Shown piece by piece: positions 1 to 14,533 of a DNA stretch of 64,000 nt. The stretch is from Cycas panzhihuaensis. Lineage: Eukaryota; Plantae; Cycadophyta. Both the position numbers and the translations under genes were made by a program. The stretch is from contig CM041465.1 in the NCBI GenBank assembly GCA_023213395.1, forward strand, positions 155,813,741 through 155,877,740. The letters are read 5' to 3'. The notes beneath the pieces are model-generated. The model was not told the origin of the DNA and searched no databases. It saw nothing but the letters and a program-made list of their open reading frames with translations. Position 1 is the stretch's first letter. Each line of letters starts with the position of its first letter.

Positions 1-2789
1 TGATTTTATAGATCCACTTACAACTGATGGCTTGTTTGCCAGGTGGTAACTCAACCAAGTCCCATGTGTCATTTTGATAAATGGAGTAGATCTCGTTATC
101 CATGGTAGCCTGCCACTTTTCGTTTGTACATACCTCCTCAAAAGTGGAAGGCTCAGGCGCAGTAAGCACTTCAGCCATAAGTGCGTAATTGACAGTGGGC
201 AATAGCCGTTTTGATAGATGTTTTCCTTCAATAATTTGTGATTATGCAATAGTTTGCATATACCACTTGGGTAGCTTCTTCGTCGATGTGGCTTCAATGT
301 CCTGTGATGGAGGTGATTGCTGAACCTCAAAAGAAAAAGAAGGACACAATGAAGGAACTAAGAAAGATGAGGAGGAAGAAGAAGCAACAGGTGTAGATGA
401 ATTACAAGGAGTTGAGGAAGCTGAAGGGACCGATTCTTCAAGAATGGCTTTGCCTTTATCAAGGGAGAGAGGAAAAGTGTTGACGTCGATCTTCCGATTG
501 TCTTCTGCAAAGATAACGTCTCGTGAAGTATGTATCTTTTTAGTAAGGGGATCGAACACTTGATATGCTTCACTGCCAAGTGCACATCTAACAAAGATGC
601 ATTTGAGACTTTTGTCATCGAATTTCCATCTTTACTCATGAGGAATGTTCATGTAGGCCGTGCATCTAAAAGTTCGTAAATGGTTGACCGTAGATTTCTG
701 GCCAGTCCAGGCCTTCTCACGTGTCGTACCCGAAAGTGCAGAAGTCGAGCTACAGTTTGATAGATACACATAAGTAAGAAGTGCTTCTGCCTAATATGCT
801 AATGTGAGACCTTTGGCATGCATCATAGCTTTTGCTCTACTAACCAAGGTTCTGTTCATCCTTTCTACCATACCATTCTGCTGTGGTATGTAAGGGGCAA
901 AAAATTGACGTTTGATGCCATGTTGAATACATAATTAATTAAAATTCTTAGATGTATACTCACCACCATTATCTGTTTGGAGTATTTTGATGTGCATGCC
1001 TGATTCATTTTCAACCGCAAGTTTAAATTTGTTAAACTTATTTAAAGCTTCTGACTTATGCTTTAGAAAGTAGACCCATACTTTATGTGAGAAATCATCA
1101 ATGAATGCCATGAAGAATGATGATTCTCCATGAGACTGAGTGGTCATGGGACAACAAATGTCAGAATGTACAAGTTGTAGTAGATGCTATGCTCTCCAAA
1201 CCTTACCTTTCTCAAAAGGTTCACGATGTTGCTTCTCCAGAAGACATGATTCACAAAGGCAATTACTCCTAGAGATTTTGGGTAAGCCATAAACCAAATT
1301 TTGTCTGAACATCTTCCTGATGCTGTCAAGATTAAGATGTCTAAGTCTTTCATGCCATAGTTGAGTCTTATTTGTGGAATGGGAGACATATGCATGAGAT
1401 GATCTAGATGTTGTATCTAATTTATAGAGGCCATGATCTTCATGACCAACTGCAACTATCTAGTTGTCTTTGTTCCTGATGATACACTTTCTGTATTTAA
1501 ATAGCACACTCATTTGCTGCTTATTAAGGTGACTAACAGAAAGTAAATTTTTGGGCATTTTAGGAACTAGGAAAACATTCTCACTAGGAAATGTAGAATG
1601 CTAATTGTGAGGTGTAATTTGACCTACACCTGATATTTTGACAGTGGCATTATCTCCAAATGTCACTGTTTCTCCCTGATATTCTTAAAAATTTGACAAT
1701 ATTTTTGCATCACCTGTCATGTGGCGTGTTGCACTAGATTCAATGATCCAAGTATTATTATTATGACTGCCACTATATACAAAAAAAATCATGTCACTTG
1801 GATCATATTGTGTTGTGTGGCCTTGAAAACTACCACGATTTGTCATTCTTTGGCGACCACCTCAGAATGTACCTTGAGTTGGTCCTTATTACTGCTGACA
1901 ATATTGACGTTGCTACTACTGCTGATACTGATTCTATTACTACTGATGATGATTCTGTTGACGTTGAATTTGTTGTTGTTGTGGTTGTTGCAAGTCATGT
2001 TGACATTTTTTGTAGTTAGGCTAAATGTGGCTAACTTTGCCACAATAGTGATAGATGACAGTATTTGATTTTACACTAAGACTGCTAAATTTTTTGAGAA
2101 AATTCTGCTTGGGCTAGAATTGCTGCTTAGATTTGAACTTCGCGGAGAAAGCACCTGATGTGCTTGCCTCGTCTTGCCACGAATAAATTCCTTCTTCTTG
2201 CAGAAATAAACGTTCTAACTCATTGAAAGTTAGAATTGACAAAGTTCCATTACTAGAAATGTCAGAAATAAAACCATTGTATTTTTTATGCACAGTATGA
2301 ATTGTTGCAGCAACAAGTCTTTATCTGTGACTGGTTTGCTAAGTGTTGTTAGTTGATTATTGATAGCTTTAATTAAAGATAAATAGGCTTCCATTAGAGT
2401 AACATACTTTAGACTGAATAATTTTGCTTTATACATAACAATTGGTGTATCATCTTTTTGTTCATATAATGAAACAATTATGTCCCAAGCAATTTTAGAA
2501 GTTGAAGCAGCTTTAATATTTTGGTCAACATTATCACTGATTGATAGATAAATAAAGGCGAATGCAACCTCATCTTTATCTTTGAAAGAAGCTAATGCAA
2601 CAGAATCTACTAGAATCAAATTTTGAGGATTAGTAGGATCAAGAGTGGGCTCAGGTTTAATGATTCGCCTGATACATAATCCCATAATTCATTCATAATC
2701 AACAAGGTTTTTGCTTGCTTTTTCCAAGTAAGATAATTTTTAGCACTTGTTAACTTAATGGTGTTTGCATTTAGCATCTAAGTCGCCAT
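1..2789 (-). pseudogene. Degenerate copia gag-pol of element A
   Basis: ATG at 2789; gag ORF fragment 2230-2685; integrase fragments 935-1147 and 242-559 (KIHTSRDVIF); RT start ([21 protein letters not shown]) at 1-70. Many stops and frameshifts. Confidence 0.92.
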
Positions 2790-5278
2790 TTCTATTGCAG
2801 TACTAGATGAAACTTAGGAACCTTTGAGTTGATGCCGCTTAAGTTCCACTTAATATCCAATAAGAAATCAGTACAAGACTAAAAAAATTGTGGATGGAAT
2901 GGAGGGCTTAGCTCGCAAGTTCATCTAACCTCATAACAAGATCAGTGTTGGCCAAGTTATCGGCACTTTGAGGCAGCGTATAAACTCTTTTCGAGCCTCC
3001 CCACTCAAGTGTTTTAATGATTAAAAGTGGGTTGATTTTAGTGCTAAAAAATGTGTGCTTGTAGGCCTATTTGTTGCTGAAAACTTTGTCAGAAGAGACT
3101 TCAAGATACAATATAGTTGTGTTGAATATCAAATTATGCAACTAAGTTCAAACAACAATCTCATAAAGAGATAAAAAATAATTAAAACACCACAAATTAA
3201 TGCTTTCAACAAGTCAGCAATAAAGTTAGTCCACCATAAACACTTGAGACCAGAAAAAAATGATCCCTACGCACTAAAATTTTGTAGCTTTTTATTGATC
3301 TTTGTCTCCCTTTTTTTGGGTTGATGTTGATTCTCACTAAAAAATGGGTCACCTCGTAGAGAGCCCGGTGAGAAAAAAGAACCTTTAAATGATATAATTT
3401 AAGGCTTAAAACAAGCCAAAAATAATGGTGCTTAAATCACCATAATACACATAGGAGATTTTTACAACATAGTGTGATTAACACACTTTAAAAATAATTG
3501 AAATTGATCACCTTTTAACTCAAGATTAATGACTTAAGTCACTAAAGATCTTAATGTCATTAAAAAAGAGTAAATTTTTAATAAAAAAGATAATAAAATC
3601 ACTTTAAAGTAGTCATTTTAAATTAAAAATAATAATTGCAAAACTTTTTGTATATTTTAGTGTGATTACCACACTAAACAAAGTGTTAATAACAAGACTC
3701 TTCAATGATAAAATAAAGTTAAAGTAACAAAACAATAGAAACTAAGGTTTAAAAGAAAAATAAAAAATAGAATATACCTAGAGTATTCTATATTACATAC
3801 CCCAAAGTTTAAATAAAGATTATGAAATTGGGCGGCAATTGTATGTTTACCAGGGGTGCCCGTGGTTTATAAATCCGTTGACGATTTGACTGTGGGCGCC
3901 GCTAGATCACATGGAGTTGGGAGTAAGGTGTCGTTATTACATGGAGTCTGGATCGGGTGCCACTGTAATACCAAATTAAGAGATATAATGCAGGTCGCCA
4001 CAATGCGTCCTCTGTCCTGCAGGAGTTGCAGGTTGTGAGACAAGAGCTACCGATGGGAGTCGCAGAGAAGCTGTCTATCTGGAGATCAAGCCGTGAGTCA
4101 TTGATGGAAGGACGAGAGCCACACCACAGGAGGACGAGAGTTGTTAAGAAGACAACTATCTAGATTAATAGAGATTGAGCCGTGAGCTGAAGCTAAGTGC
4201 TGGAGCTGAATGAGAGCTGTGTGGAGTCGCACTAGATGAAGGATGGAGCCGTCAAGGATAGAAGTCTTCAAATGGAGCTACACACAGGGTGTATAAATAG
4301 AAGAAGGAGCTGTAGGGTATCTCCATAGAGCTGCACACTAGGTCAAACGAAAGGTGTCACGTAGGCAGACATAAGTCGCCAAAGGAAAACGCACGGTAGG
4401 GACCAGTTGGAGGAGCCATGAGCTGAGTGAATTTCAGGAGGAGTTGGTACAACTGGGTGTAGTGATCAATGGAGACCACATTTTGAAGAGTTATCCTAAT
4501 GAACTTGGGAACAAAATGAATGTGAAGCAGGCAGATTTTCAACAGAGTGCTTTTAACCTTTTAAATATTACGTGTTCACCTTCAGTTTACGCAGATTCAA
4601 TGATGGCTTTCTATTTGTATTAAGAGTGGATCAAATAGCCAATGAAGGAGGCGCTGAAGCATGTAAATTCAAGGCAAAGTATGGCCACTTATTCATAAGA
4701 ACTAAGTTACTAATATAAAGTGAGAAATCAAATAAATCAAAGCCACCTAAGTAAAGGTGATACATCCAAATTGTAAGAACTTTGTTGGACAAAAAAAATA
4801 AAAGGTTTTTCACAACAAAATTACTAGTAAGAAAATTTTCATAAACTCCTCAATCAATAAAGATGCTTATAAAATAACTAGCAGCTCCTTCTCATAGAGA
4901 CCTCCTTCTTCACAAAATAGTTGTCATTAATATTCAGGAACAACTCATGCCCTGGGATTAACCATTGATGCAAGAATTGCAATACAACTTTGATCTTATG
5001 TAAGAACACAAGAAAATTAGCTCCAAATCTCCTGCAACTTTTAATATCATCGTCCCTTTTTCTGGCCAACAAAATTAGACCTTCAAAATGTAAATATGTG
5101 AGACTTTACATAAAAGTTTCTTAACAAATTTTCAAGTAAAAGGTGTAAACAAAGTCCTTCAACAATAAACCTGACAAGAAATTACTCCTTGCTCTAGCTG
5201 GATCGCCTTCTTATGGTGAAGGTTGTCACCATATTTGGAGAAATTTGAAGCCAACAATTTGCTCCTCAAGATGCTGAA

Positions 5279-5290
5279 GCTTTGATACCA
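5279..5290 (-). promoter_or_regulatory. PBS (tRNA-iMet) of element A
   Basis: Reverse complement TGGTATCAAAGC, 3 nt from the LTR end. Confidence 0.88.
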
Positions 5291-5293
5291 AAT

Positions 5294-5828
5294 TGAAAGA
5301 TGAAATGGAGAAGATACAAACACCAGAATCTATTGAGGGACTAGATAGGACATTGAAATATACAAGACTATGCACTTTAGATTGATGAAAAGATGTAGTA
5401 CAACACAAAAGATAATAGGGAGGAGTATTTCACTTCAACTCAACTTATCATAAACATAAGTGTGAAGGAGAATTCATTTCAACACTTCGCTTACAAGAGA
5501 CACTTACAACAATATAACTCTAACTCTAAATACTACATCCAAAACATGAAAATATGGCTTCTTATAAAGGAGTTTGGACGATCAGGATCTCACCACATGT
5601 CACTAATCAACACTAAGAGACAATCTGATTAGGAATCTTCTATCTCCAAAGATAATGATAGAGCCCACCAAAGTTGACTTCTCACAAGCACATGTGAGAA
5701 AAGTCACTACAAGACAAAAGACAATTTTATAATCAAACAAATGAACACTTTAGGATAAATGCCTAAAGTGACAAAAATACTAATACCTATGGTCAAGACT
5801 TAATGCTTAGGAAATGAAAGTTCTAACA
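5294..5828 (-). repeat. 5' LTR of copia A
   Basis: TGAAAG...CTAACA termini, adjacent PBS, and clear similarity to the LTRs of D (15944-16492, 21959-22444). Confidence 0.88.
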
Positions 5829-5899
5829 TGCTGGTGGCTCAAAAGTGGTATAAGAGGCACTTTAAGTACACCAATATTTTTATCTACTATAAACTAAAT

Positions 5900-8441
5900 T
5901 TATGAGAGATCCAAGTCTTGAGTATCTTCAACAAATATTACATCCTGAGTGGTGTATGCCTGGTTTCCAACAATATCATATATTTTGTAGGCTTTGCATC
6001 TAGGTGCATATCTAAGGAAAATACACTTCTGGCTTTTATCATCAAGTTTTTTTCTGTTCTTCTTGAGGATGAATTTGTAGGATGTGCAACCGAATGCCCT
6101 TAGATGAGAAACTATTGGTTTGATGCCTAACCATGCTTTCTTAGAAGTGATGTTTCTAATTTCTATTGTGGTACTTCTATTGGTCAGATAAGTAACTATT
6201 GATATAACTTTAGCCCAAAACCTAGTAGTAAGATTAACAATATTCAACATGGATTTTTCTTTGTTCATCAATGTTTAATTCATCATTTCTACTACACCAT
6301 TTTGTTGATATGTATGAGGGAATGAGAATTGGCATTTGATTTTATATTGTTTACAAAAGATAGTGAATTGATTGGATGTGTACTCTTCTCCATTATCAAA
6401 TTTTAGAACTTTGATGTTCATGCCACTTTTATTTTCTACCTTAACCTTGAATTCTTAAAACTTGTCAAAGGCTTGGAATTTATTCCTAAGGAAGTGGACC
6501 CATATTTTCCTAGAATAGTCATCAATAAAGGCTATGAAAAATAGGTTCCCATTGAGTGAAAGAATTGACATGGACCCACAAATGTATGAGTGGACCAAAC
6601 CCAATGGTTCTGAGGCTCTCCATACTTTCTTTGATAAAAATCATTCTCTATGCTCCTTGCCAACTAAACAGGTTTCACAAATACAACTATTTCTTTTGAT
6701 TTTTTGTAGTCCATGCACCATATGTAGCCTAGACATGAGATTTAGACTTTACATATTTAAGTGATCAAGGTGCCATAGTTGGTCCTTGGTCCTATTGGAA
6801 GTAGGTTTCTCTTTAGAGTTTGAATATTCACCTTGATCTTGGTTAAGGGGTGGGTCTTCAACCATGATTGCTTTCCCCTTATCAAGATGATTATTGTGTG
6901 TTATAGAATATGATGTAATTGTTGGAGTGGTGGTGAGGGGAACTTTGTCAAGTATCTTCATGTACTATGGCAACTAGTTGCCCTATGGTATGATCCATAA
7001 TTATGCGGATGCCTTGGTTGAAGAGTATATCCAAGTTCTGCTTGTCAATTTGACTAACTAATAGTAGATTCATTTTCATGCCCAATACAAGGAATATATT
7101 ATTGATGTATTAACAATTATTTAAATCCTTTAGTGCAATGGGGGCCCATCCAATCTTGGTCACATCATAAGTAATATTATTCCTAAATGTTATAATTTAG
7201 GCCCTTATGGGTTGTGTTGCCTCAAGAAGTTCTTTGGTACCAGTCATATGAAGTGTGGCACTAGAATCAATCAACTAAGAATTGTCATCATGTTGAGATA
7301 ACAAAGCAGTAAAGAACAAATTTTGGAAAGAAGGTTGAGTATTAATCATATTGCCTTCTTGTGAATTTTGATTGTTACTTGGGTTTTTTAGTTGGAACCT
7401 TTGCCTATTTGATTGGCACTAGTTCTAGTTTTGTCTATGATTTCTGTTTTGTTGGAAATATTAGCTCCCTTACTGTCCACCTTGGTTCTGAAGAACTTAA
7501 AAATTAGTCTGTCTTCTTCTACAATCATGTGTTAGGTGTCCATTTTTTCCATGGTACATGCAGGTGATATTTTGTCTATGCTATTGATTCCTTGGAGGTT
7601 GTGATTATTGTATTTGTTGGGGCTAATGAAAATTGGTGCCAACTTATTGAGCATAGAATTATTAATTTTATGGCTACTGACATGGTGATTGTGAGATGTT
7701 CAAAGAGCCAAACTGATGAGTAAGGGTTTGCTGATGAGTTGACTGCTGACTTAATTATTGAGGTGTCTTGTTCCTTTCTGAATTCCTGATTGCAAATGCA
7801 GGGGCAAAGTCAGGAGTAGATGATACTCCGTAGTAATTGAGAATGTTCTCTTCTCTGAACAAGAGTCCTTTAAAGGTGTTGAAGTCTATTTTAGTACATA
7901 AATCATAAAATCTAGATATAAAATGGTTATATTTTATGGGAAGAATATTGAAGATGCTAGACATAAAGTCATGATCACAGGGAGGTTCATCAAGGATGAT
8001 AAGTTGATTTATGATTATTTTTATTTCAATTAGGTAGGCTACTATAGTTCTAGCAAAAGGAATGCAAAAAATGCATGTTTGTAAGGTTAAGGACCTTGAA
8101 TCATCTTTCCTCTCATAAAGAGAGCATATGATGCATTAAGCTTCATAAAAAGTTTAGGTTATTCTAATATTTTGGTCCACTTAGTCTTTTATAGTAAAGT
8201 GAAGGAATGAGAGGGCAATATTATCCTTAGCTTTAAAATTGGTTAAAGCAACTAGATCTGGTGGAATCTCAATGGTGGGATCATTTGGATCTTTAGTAGA
8301 TATAGATAAAGGTATGTCACCATTGATATAAGTCTGATAGTCATTCATGATAATAAGGTTTTAAACTTATTTCTTCTAAGTTAAAAAGTTATTTATTTTA
8401 CCAAGTTTTATGGTGTTAGACAAAAGTATTTAAGTTGTCAT
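5900..8441 (-). pseudogene. Degenerate copia gag-protease-integrase of element E
   Basis: Gag N-terminus, Q/N-rich region with zinc knuckle (~7520-7570), protease motif IDSSATLHM (~7250-7275), GAG-pre-integrase (LWHLDHLNM) and integrase core. Confidence 0.88.
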
Positions 8442-10750
8442 TTTCATATGTCATTTAGTGTGACTTTTAGTGTATTTTTGTGTCCTATCTACCTAGGGGC
8501 ATATTTAACTAAAATGTTAAGTTTAAAGGTTTTTAGGAAGCTCTCAATTATTATTCTGTTTAATGGCATCTGTCCACAAGTGGTAAATCATGGATCCTAT
8601 ACACTGGTACAAGAGTTCTATGCTCTATATATCTCAATACATGGGCTACTAAGAAGGTCAAAAAGACCCCCATCACTTATTAATCTACCTGCACCAAATT
8701 TATGCCTAACGATAGATCTAGTTGAGATTAACAAACCAAGGCACCTAGCCCCTTCAGGTCTAGTCTAGTCTCCAAACTCTAAGGTAGGGTTTTATACCTC
8801 AACCTGCCACTTAATACACCTTATAACTAATAGACTTCTCTAATATTTACATAATTCGAGAAGAGCCAATGACGTGTGTATGGAGTGATAACTTTAGATA
8901 TTGTAATCATTCTCCTTGTAAGGCTGATAAAGTTGTCTTATATATTATGAGTTCTTTTTTTTAATGTTTTGAGTTAAAATTGATTTTAGAGTGTGTTCTT
9001 ATTTAGAGAGAGAGTCCTTTTTATGAAATAAAAGCAAGGAGGCTAAAAAAAGTAATAACTTAAAAGAAATGGAAGGGTTTAGGGTGCTCTTTGATGGAAT
9101 TTGTTACCAAGTGAAGAACCACCTCCTTCACATAAGAAGGGCACCTACAACCATAATACGTAAGCACTTGTTAGCCAGAAACCTAGATAAGACAACATAT
9201 AAGATGTAAACAATTAATATTTCGAAGATAGAACATTTACTAAATGACAAATAAGTCTTCAATTTATGAAACAAGATTTATTATAAACTAAACAAATGAA
9301 TCTACTTTAACTGCTCATAAATTCTTAAAGAGCTATTTAAAACTGAATAAAACTAGCTCCAAACTATAGGTAAAAAATCTAACAGTTTAGGCAATGCTCA
9401 AATCTGACCTCCAGTTGAAAACTTATAGTCTAAACAGTGCCGAGTACTCCTTATGGACAAAATTAAATTAGAGTGGCTTAAGCTCCCTTAACATTTGAGG
9501 TCTCGGATGTAAAATCGAAGTATATGATCACCGGTTAGGTGACTAAGGGGCTGATGGATTTGAAATAGTTATTAAATCTAACATTGACTTTTTGAATTTG
9601 TAAAAAAAAATTAAAATTAATTTTTAAAAATTAAAATCTGCTCTTTATGAAATAAAGCCCCTAGTTGCGAGGGTTACAATATATAACCACCAACTAACGC
9701 CAAGCACCTCCGCAAATTTGAATAAAAATTTAAATCAGATTAAATTAGATTCAACCTTTGTAAAAAAATATAATATAAATCAAATAAAAATAATTCATAG
9801 CAATCATACAAAATTTCACAAAAATATAGTGTGAAAATGTGTTTAAAATTACATCAAATCTAATCGAAATTACATAGAGATGCTATAGAGTTGATCAAAG
9901 ATAAACACATAAGGTTTTTTCATAGATCTAGAGCTTCAACAGGTCTGCACGAGGCTATATGGTGAAGAAATGGCTAACAGTGTGTGTGTGAGGGCCGCAG
10001 GTCATAAACGGGCTAAAACTTGATTAAATCATGTGAAATCTACTTAGATTTGTTGTTGAACCACCTCAAAGGACTATAGGAAGAGCCTAGGAGTAGCCAG
10101 GAAGTAGATTGATCACAGGGGAGTGAGATTCAAGTCACATGGTCGATGGAACCATTGAGACGGAGGATGAACGACAAGAAACGATGAAAATGGCATGTCA
10201 TTTTTACGTAAACCTATAACAGGGAGGCCAGAAGACAGCTACCAACTGGTCAAGTTACAAATGAGAGCAACTACATGGCAAATATACCCTACAAAAGTAT
10301 TACATTTGCTAAAAATCATTGAAACTAATAAAAAATGTAGAAATGGAGATGAACGAGATGTCATTATTGACAAACAAACCATTATTTTTCAACTAATCTC
10401 ATAAATAACTGGATAAAATGGATATAACTCACTCTAATACCATATTGAATTGATTAACATGATCATAAACTATGTGTATACAAATAATAAATTAGAAAAA
10501 CAAGGATTGACATGTTACAACACTGTAAGTTGATTGTATGAAAGTGCTACGGGTAAATTGGTTATACCGTACGATTGAATTTCAGTAAAGCTATGTGTAT
10601 ATCAAAATGTTAATGTACAAATAGGAGGAATAGTACTTAATTTATAAGACAATGATGCTCGAATATAAAAAATATGAATGACCGACTCAGCGATAAGGGA
10701 AGTGGACTCAACCATACTACGAATTATAATTTAATTTACAAAGGATATCT

Positions 10751-11082
10751 TGTTGGGGTTAATATTCATCACCCCAATCCCACCTTAGATACATATGAGC
10801 GCATACATATTAATGGTAAGTTAGTTGAGTTTAATTTTATAGAGTTATGTATTATTTTATTATTATTTAAATTTTGGAGATTGAGGAGATTTCCCTCCTC
10901 CCTCACAACTATATATTTTCTGTGGTGCATAACCCTAGTGTCTTTTAACACCACCTACTTTAGAGATTTGATATATACTCTTATACAATGGCTTGAATAA
11001 TATGATACTTTGGCTTATGTTTTACAATATAGATTGATTTTTGTATACTTGCTTCATTTTGCACTTTATTTATTTTCCAACA
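10751..11082 (+). repeat. 5' LTR of F
   Basis: TGTTGGGG...CCAACA; aligns with 14200-14533. Confidence 0.92.
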
Positions 11083-13487
11083 TTTGGTATTAGAGCAAGC
11101 ATTATTTAGATTCAAGAGTCTCACAACAACTTGTCACGCCTATTTTTGGTATGTGAATGATATTATTCGTCGATGCCATTTAAACTATAGAAAAAATCTT
11201 TTATATTTGTTAATATTTCATTTATATTATGTTTGTTTCATTTTTTTATTTTTTGAAATCATTCATAGCCAGTTTAGAACTAGTGATTATGGCTCCCACG
11301 TTGCTCAGAACTATTGCACATAACTGATTGTTTTATTCGCAATTGAATTCTCTAATCATTAAAAGAAACCACACTCAATTCCGTCACCTGTGCTGAGAGA
11401 AATTTCGTTCAAAATAACCATATGTCCATTTTTTACTTTTTCTGCTCTGTTACTTCATTCTAAATCTACAACGGTCATTCATCATGAAAATTTACCAACT
11501 TCTAGCTATTTGACATACCTAGCAACTCTTGAAATCTCATGAGAAACTGTGCACTCTGTGGAGAGTTTGAGTCAAGTGAACCTCCTCGCCCAAGTTTCTC
11601 ATCATTTTCCTTTGTTTCTTTAATTTATATAAAGCATTTTTTTATTTTTATTTTTTTTTTGGTGAATTGAGTCTATATATTTGAGTGCCCCTCATCTGTG
11701 TACAAGATTGAAGAATTTTGATCACTGTTTAATGCTAATTCTACTTGAAATCGCCTCCGTTCTTAAGACTGACTGCTATTTGTCCTTCTCTGTCATTGTT
11801 TTCACTTAAAACGTGATTAAAAAAACCTTTTTTTCGATCTCTTTTCTTTTGATTGATATTGTAGGTAGTGGTGCCCATCATTTGCCTAGTGTTTTGAAGT
11901 CTTTCAATTGATTTTTAGAGGTTTTACAGCTCAAAATTCATCCCACGTTGCCTCTGCGCCCTCCAACAAGTTACGCAGTTGCGTGACGTTTTTTATATAT
12001 TGATTTATATTATAAATTTTGATTAAGGTTATAAAATTTAATATTTGTTAATAATTCTTGAAATTTGGGTGGTTTATAGGGTATTAGCCCCCTTCGTTTA
12101 GCCTCCAGTCCCTTTTCATCCATGTGACCTTATCCATTCGAGCTTTATTAAGAGGTATTTTTTACTTTTTAAGATATTTTTGACCTTGACTCATTTTAAG
12201 AAGCTGATAAAGCCTATTCCAAGCTATTTAAGGTCTGCAGCCTTCGTAGAGACCAAGCTATGATAATTGATCCATATGACCGTGCTCTCCATTTTAAAAT
12301 TGGGTTTATTTACTTTATTAAGATTTTTCATTGTATTTTTACCTAAAGAGAACCTATCACATTTATCATTATAACTTACCTCTGGAGTATTAGATTTCAA
12401 CAAAACTAGTCTCGTTAGAACCGTTTTTTAGAGATCTTTAGAGTGGTGTTATCACTTGACTAATTTGAGTCCATTTCAGTTGAGTTTTAATCGATCAAAG
12501 TGGCAACTTTTTTTAGCATTTATTCTATTAGCCATAAAGAGGTTTAATTATGATTTTTGCAATAACTTGATCATTTAAGCTCTGATTTTAGAACCATAAG
12601 AAATGTCGAAAAGCTATTTCAGAGCACTTCACGTTGGAATTAGTTTCATTGTATTTTGACATTATTTTGTAGGACTTTGAAACTGCTAAAGTTGATATTC
12701 TAGTTCAGTCCTAAACAAACTTATTTAGTAATATTTTTTAAGTATTTCTTCATTTCAAACAATTATATTTAAGCATTATCTACTATTTGTTAGTTTCTTG
12801 GAGTTATTGTTGGCATTTCATATACATTAGAAGTTATTTTGTAGCTAACTGACATCAATTTCATCTCCTTAAGCTTCAAGAAACCTAAGTGTAACAAAAC
12901 ATAAATCATATACCATCTATTTTGATTTTATTTTATTTTTTGCATTATCAAATAAATATAAATAGTTTCTTGGCATTTTTAATCACTTTAAGCATAATTT
13001 ATATTCAAAAATTGCAAGTTTTATATAATTATTTTTATTCTTATAAAGGAATAATTTGGCATTCAAAATCTAATATCATTGTTTTGCAATACTATTATCT
13101 TGCATATTAGTTAAGAAGTTACTTTTTTTTTTCAAAAGCTTTAGTCATTTTTTCAACTTAAAATTAAAAAAAAAACTTAGTTTCAAGGTTCATTGATTTG
13201 TTATTTATCTTAAAAATTCAATCTAATATTCTGAAAGTTAATTGACATCTAAGTATTAATGATTTCTTTGTTACATTACATCATAATCAAATGAGCATAT
13301 AACTTCTTACTGCATGTTAGCATTTGTTTCTTGGTTCATTAAAAGAAAAAGAATATCTTGATTCCTTTTATTAGTACTTATTGTGACTTGATATAGAATT
13401 GTGCATCATACTCTCATTTGAGAATTACTTCTTTTATTTATTCATTAAAAATCATATTTGTTGATTATGTACTAAAGTCTTTACATA

Positions 13488-13815
13488 ATGGCAATGAATC
13501 TAAACAACATTAGTTTTTCTATATTTGATGAAAATGACTTTCAATTTTAGAAAACCGTAATGAAAACATATTATGTCAAATGACCTTTGGAAATATATTA
13601 ATGATAGATATGAACCGAATAATAAAGAAGATTTGAAAAGGGATAATGAAGCCCTAGCTCTTTTATTTTGTAGCATAGATGATAATGTATTTTTTAGTGT
13701 TTCTGAAATAACTACATCCAAATTAGTGTGGAATGTATTAGAATTGATTTATGGAGGAGATACGTTAGATTTTAATATTACTAATTATATTAATGGCATT
13801 TTTTCTGTGAGGTAG
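13488..13815 (+). pseudogene. Copia gag N-terminus (UBN2/Retrotran_gag_2-like) of F
   Basis: FDENDFQF*KTVMKT..SNDLWKYIND..DNEALALLFCSIDDNVF..TSKLVWNVLELIYGG. Confidence 0.8.
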
Positions 13816-14199
13816 ATGTTAGAACAAGTATATTATGATAAAAATACTAACGTCTTTTATACTAATATAGTTTTCAATAAAAATAATGACTCCAATGTCA
13901 TATTTGGTAAGAAGATATATATCATGGATTCAACTAAAGTAAAGGACAAATATCATGACAAAGCCATTTTCATTCATTCAAATCAAACTATCTCTACTAC
14001 ACCTACTTGGAAGTTAGTCTCACTACATAATGTTGAAGAGACATTTTATTGAAAGGATGACAATGTAAGTTGTTATTGACTACATCAAGGATGCTGATCA
14101 TCAAGCTAAAGCACAAGTATTCAAAGTTTTTGTCAAGCACATGTACCACAAGTTCAAGAAAAAATAAAAGATAATCGTGATAAACATTAATGGGGAGTT

Positions 14200-14533
14200 T
14201 ATTGGGGCTAATGTTCATTACTCCACTCCCACTTTAGACACATGTGAATGAACACATATTAATGGTAAGTTAGGTGAATTTAATTTTATATTGAGTTATG
14301 TATTATTTTATTATTATTTAAATTTTGGAGGTTGAGGAGGTTTCTCCCCTCCCTCAGAACTATATATATTTTAAGGTGCATAACCCTAGTGTCTTTTAAC
14401 ACCACCTACTTTGGAGATTTGATGTATACTCTCATACAATGGTTTGAATAATATGATACTTTGGCTTATTTCTTACAATATAGATTAATTTTTGTATACT
14501 TATTCTACTCTGCACTCTATTTATTTTCTAACA
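14200..14533 (+). repeat. 3' LTR of F
   Basis: Direct repeat of 10751-11082, with TG decayed to TA, preceded by the PPT. Confidence 0.92.

Larger units (their letters stand above)
1..5828 (-). mobile_element. Ty1/copia LTR retrotransposon A (3' part runs off the left edge), inserted into copia E
   Basis: The minus strand gives gag, zinc knuckle, protease, integrase (ORF 935-1147 FIDDFSHKVWVYFLKHKSEA..LQTDNGGEY) and the start of RT, in copia order. PBS at 5279-5290; 5' LTR 5294-5828 (TG..CA). Copia E sequence resumes after 5828. Confidence 0.93.
10751..14533 (+). mobile_element. Non-autonomous gag-only (TR-GAG-like) copia derivative F, 3.8 kb
   Basis: LTR pair 10751-11082 / 14200-14533; PBS TGGTATTAGAGC 11085-11096; PPT 14190-14199; only a gag N-terminus inside. 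The TSD is weak (tatct/agtct). Confidence 0.88.

Noticed and set aside
1721-2068. Hydrophobic Leu-rich ORF (+) resembling a membrane protein
   Set aside because: It is the antisense reading of the Asn/Ser-rich low-complexity tract in gag of A.
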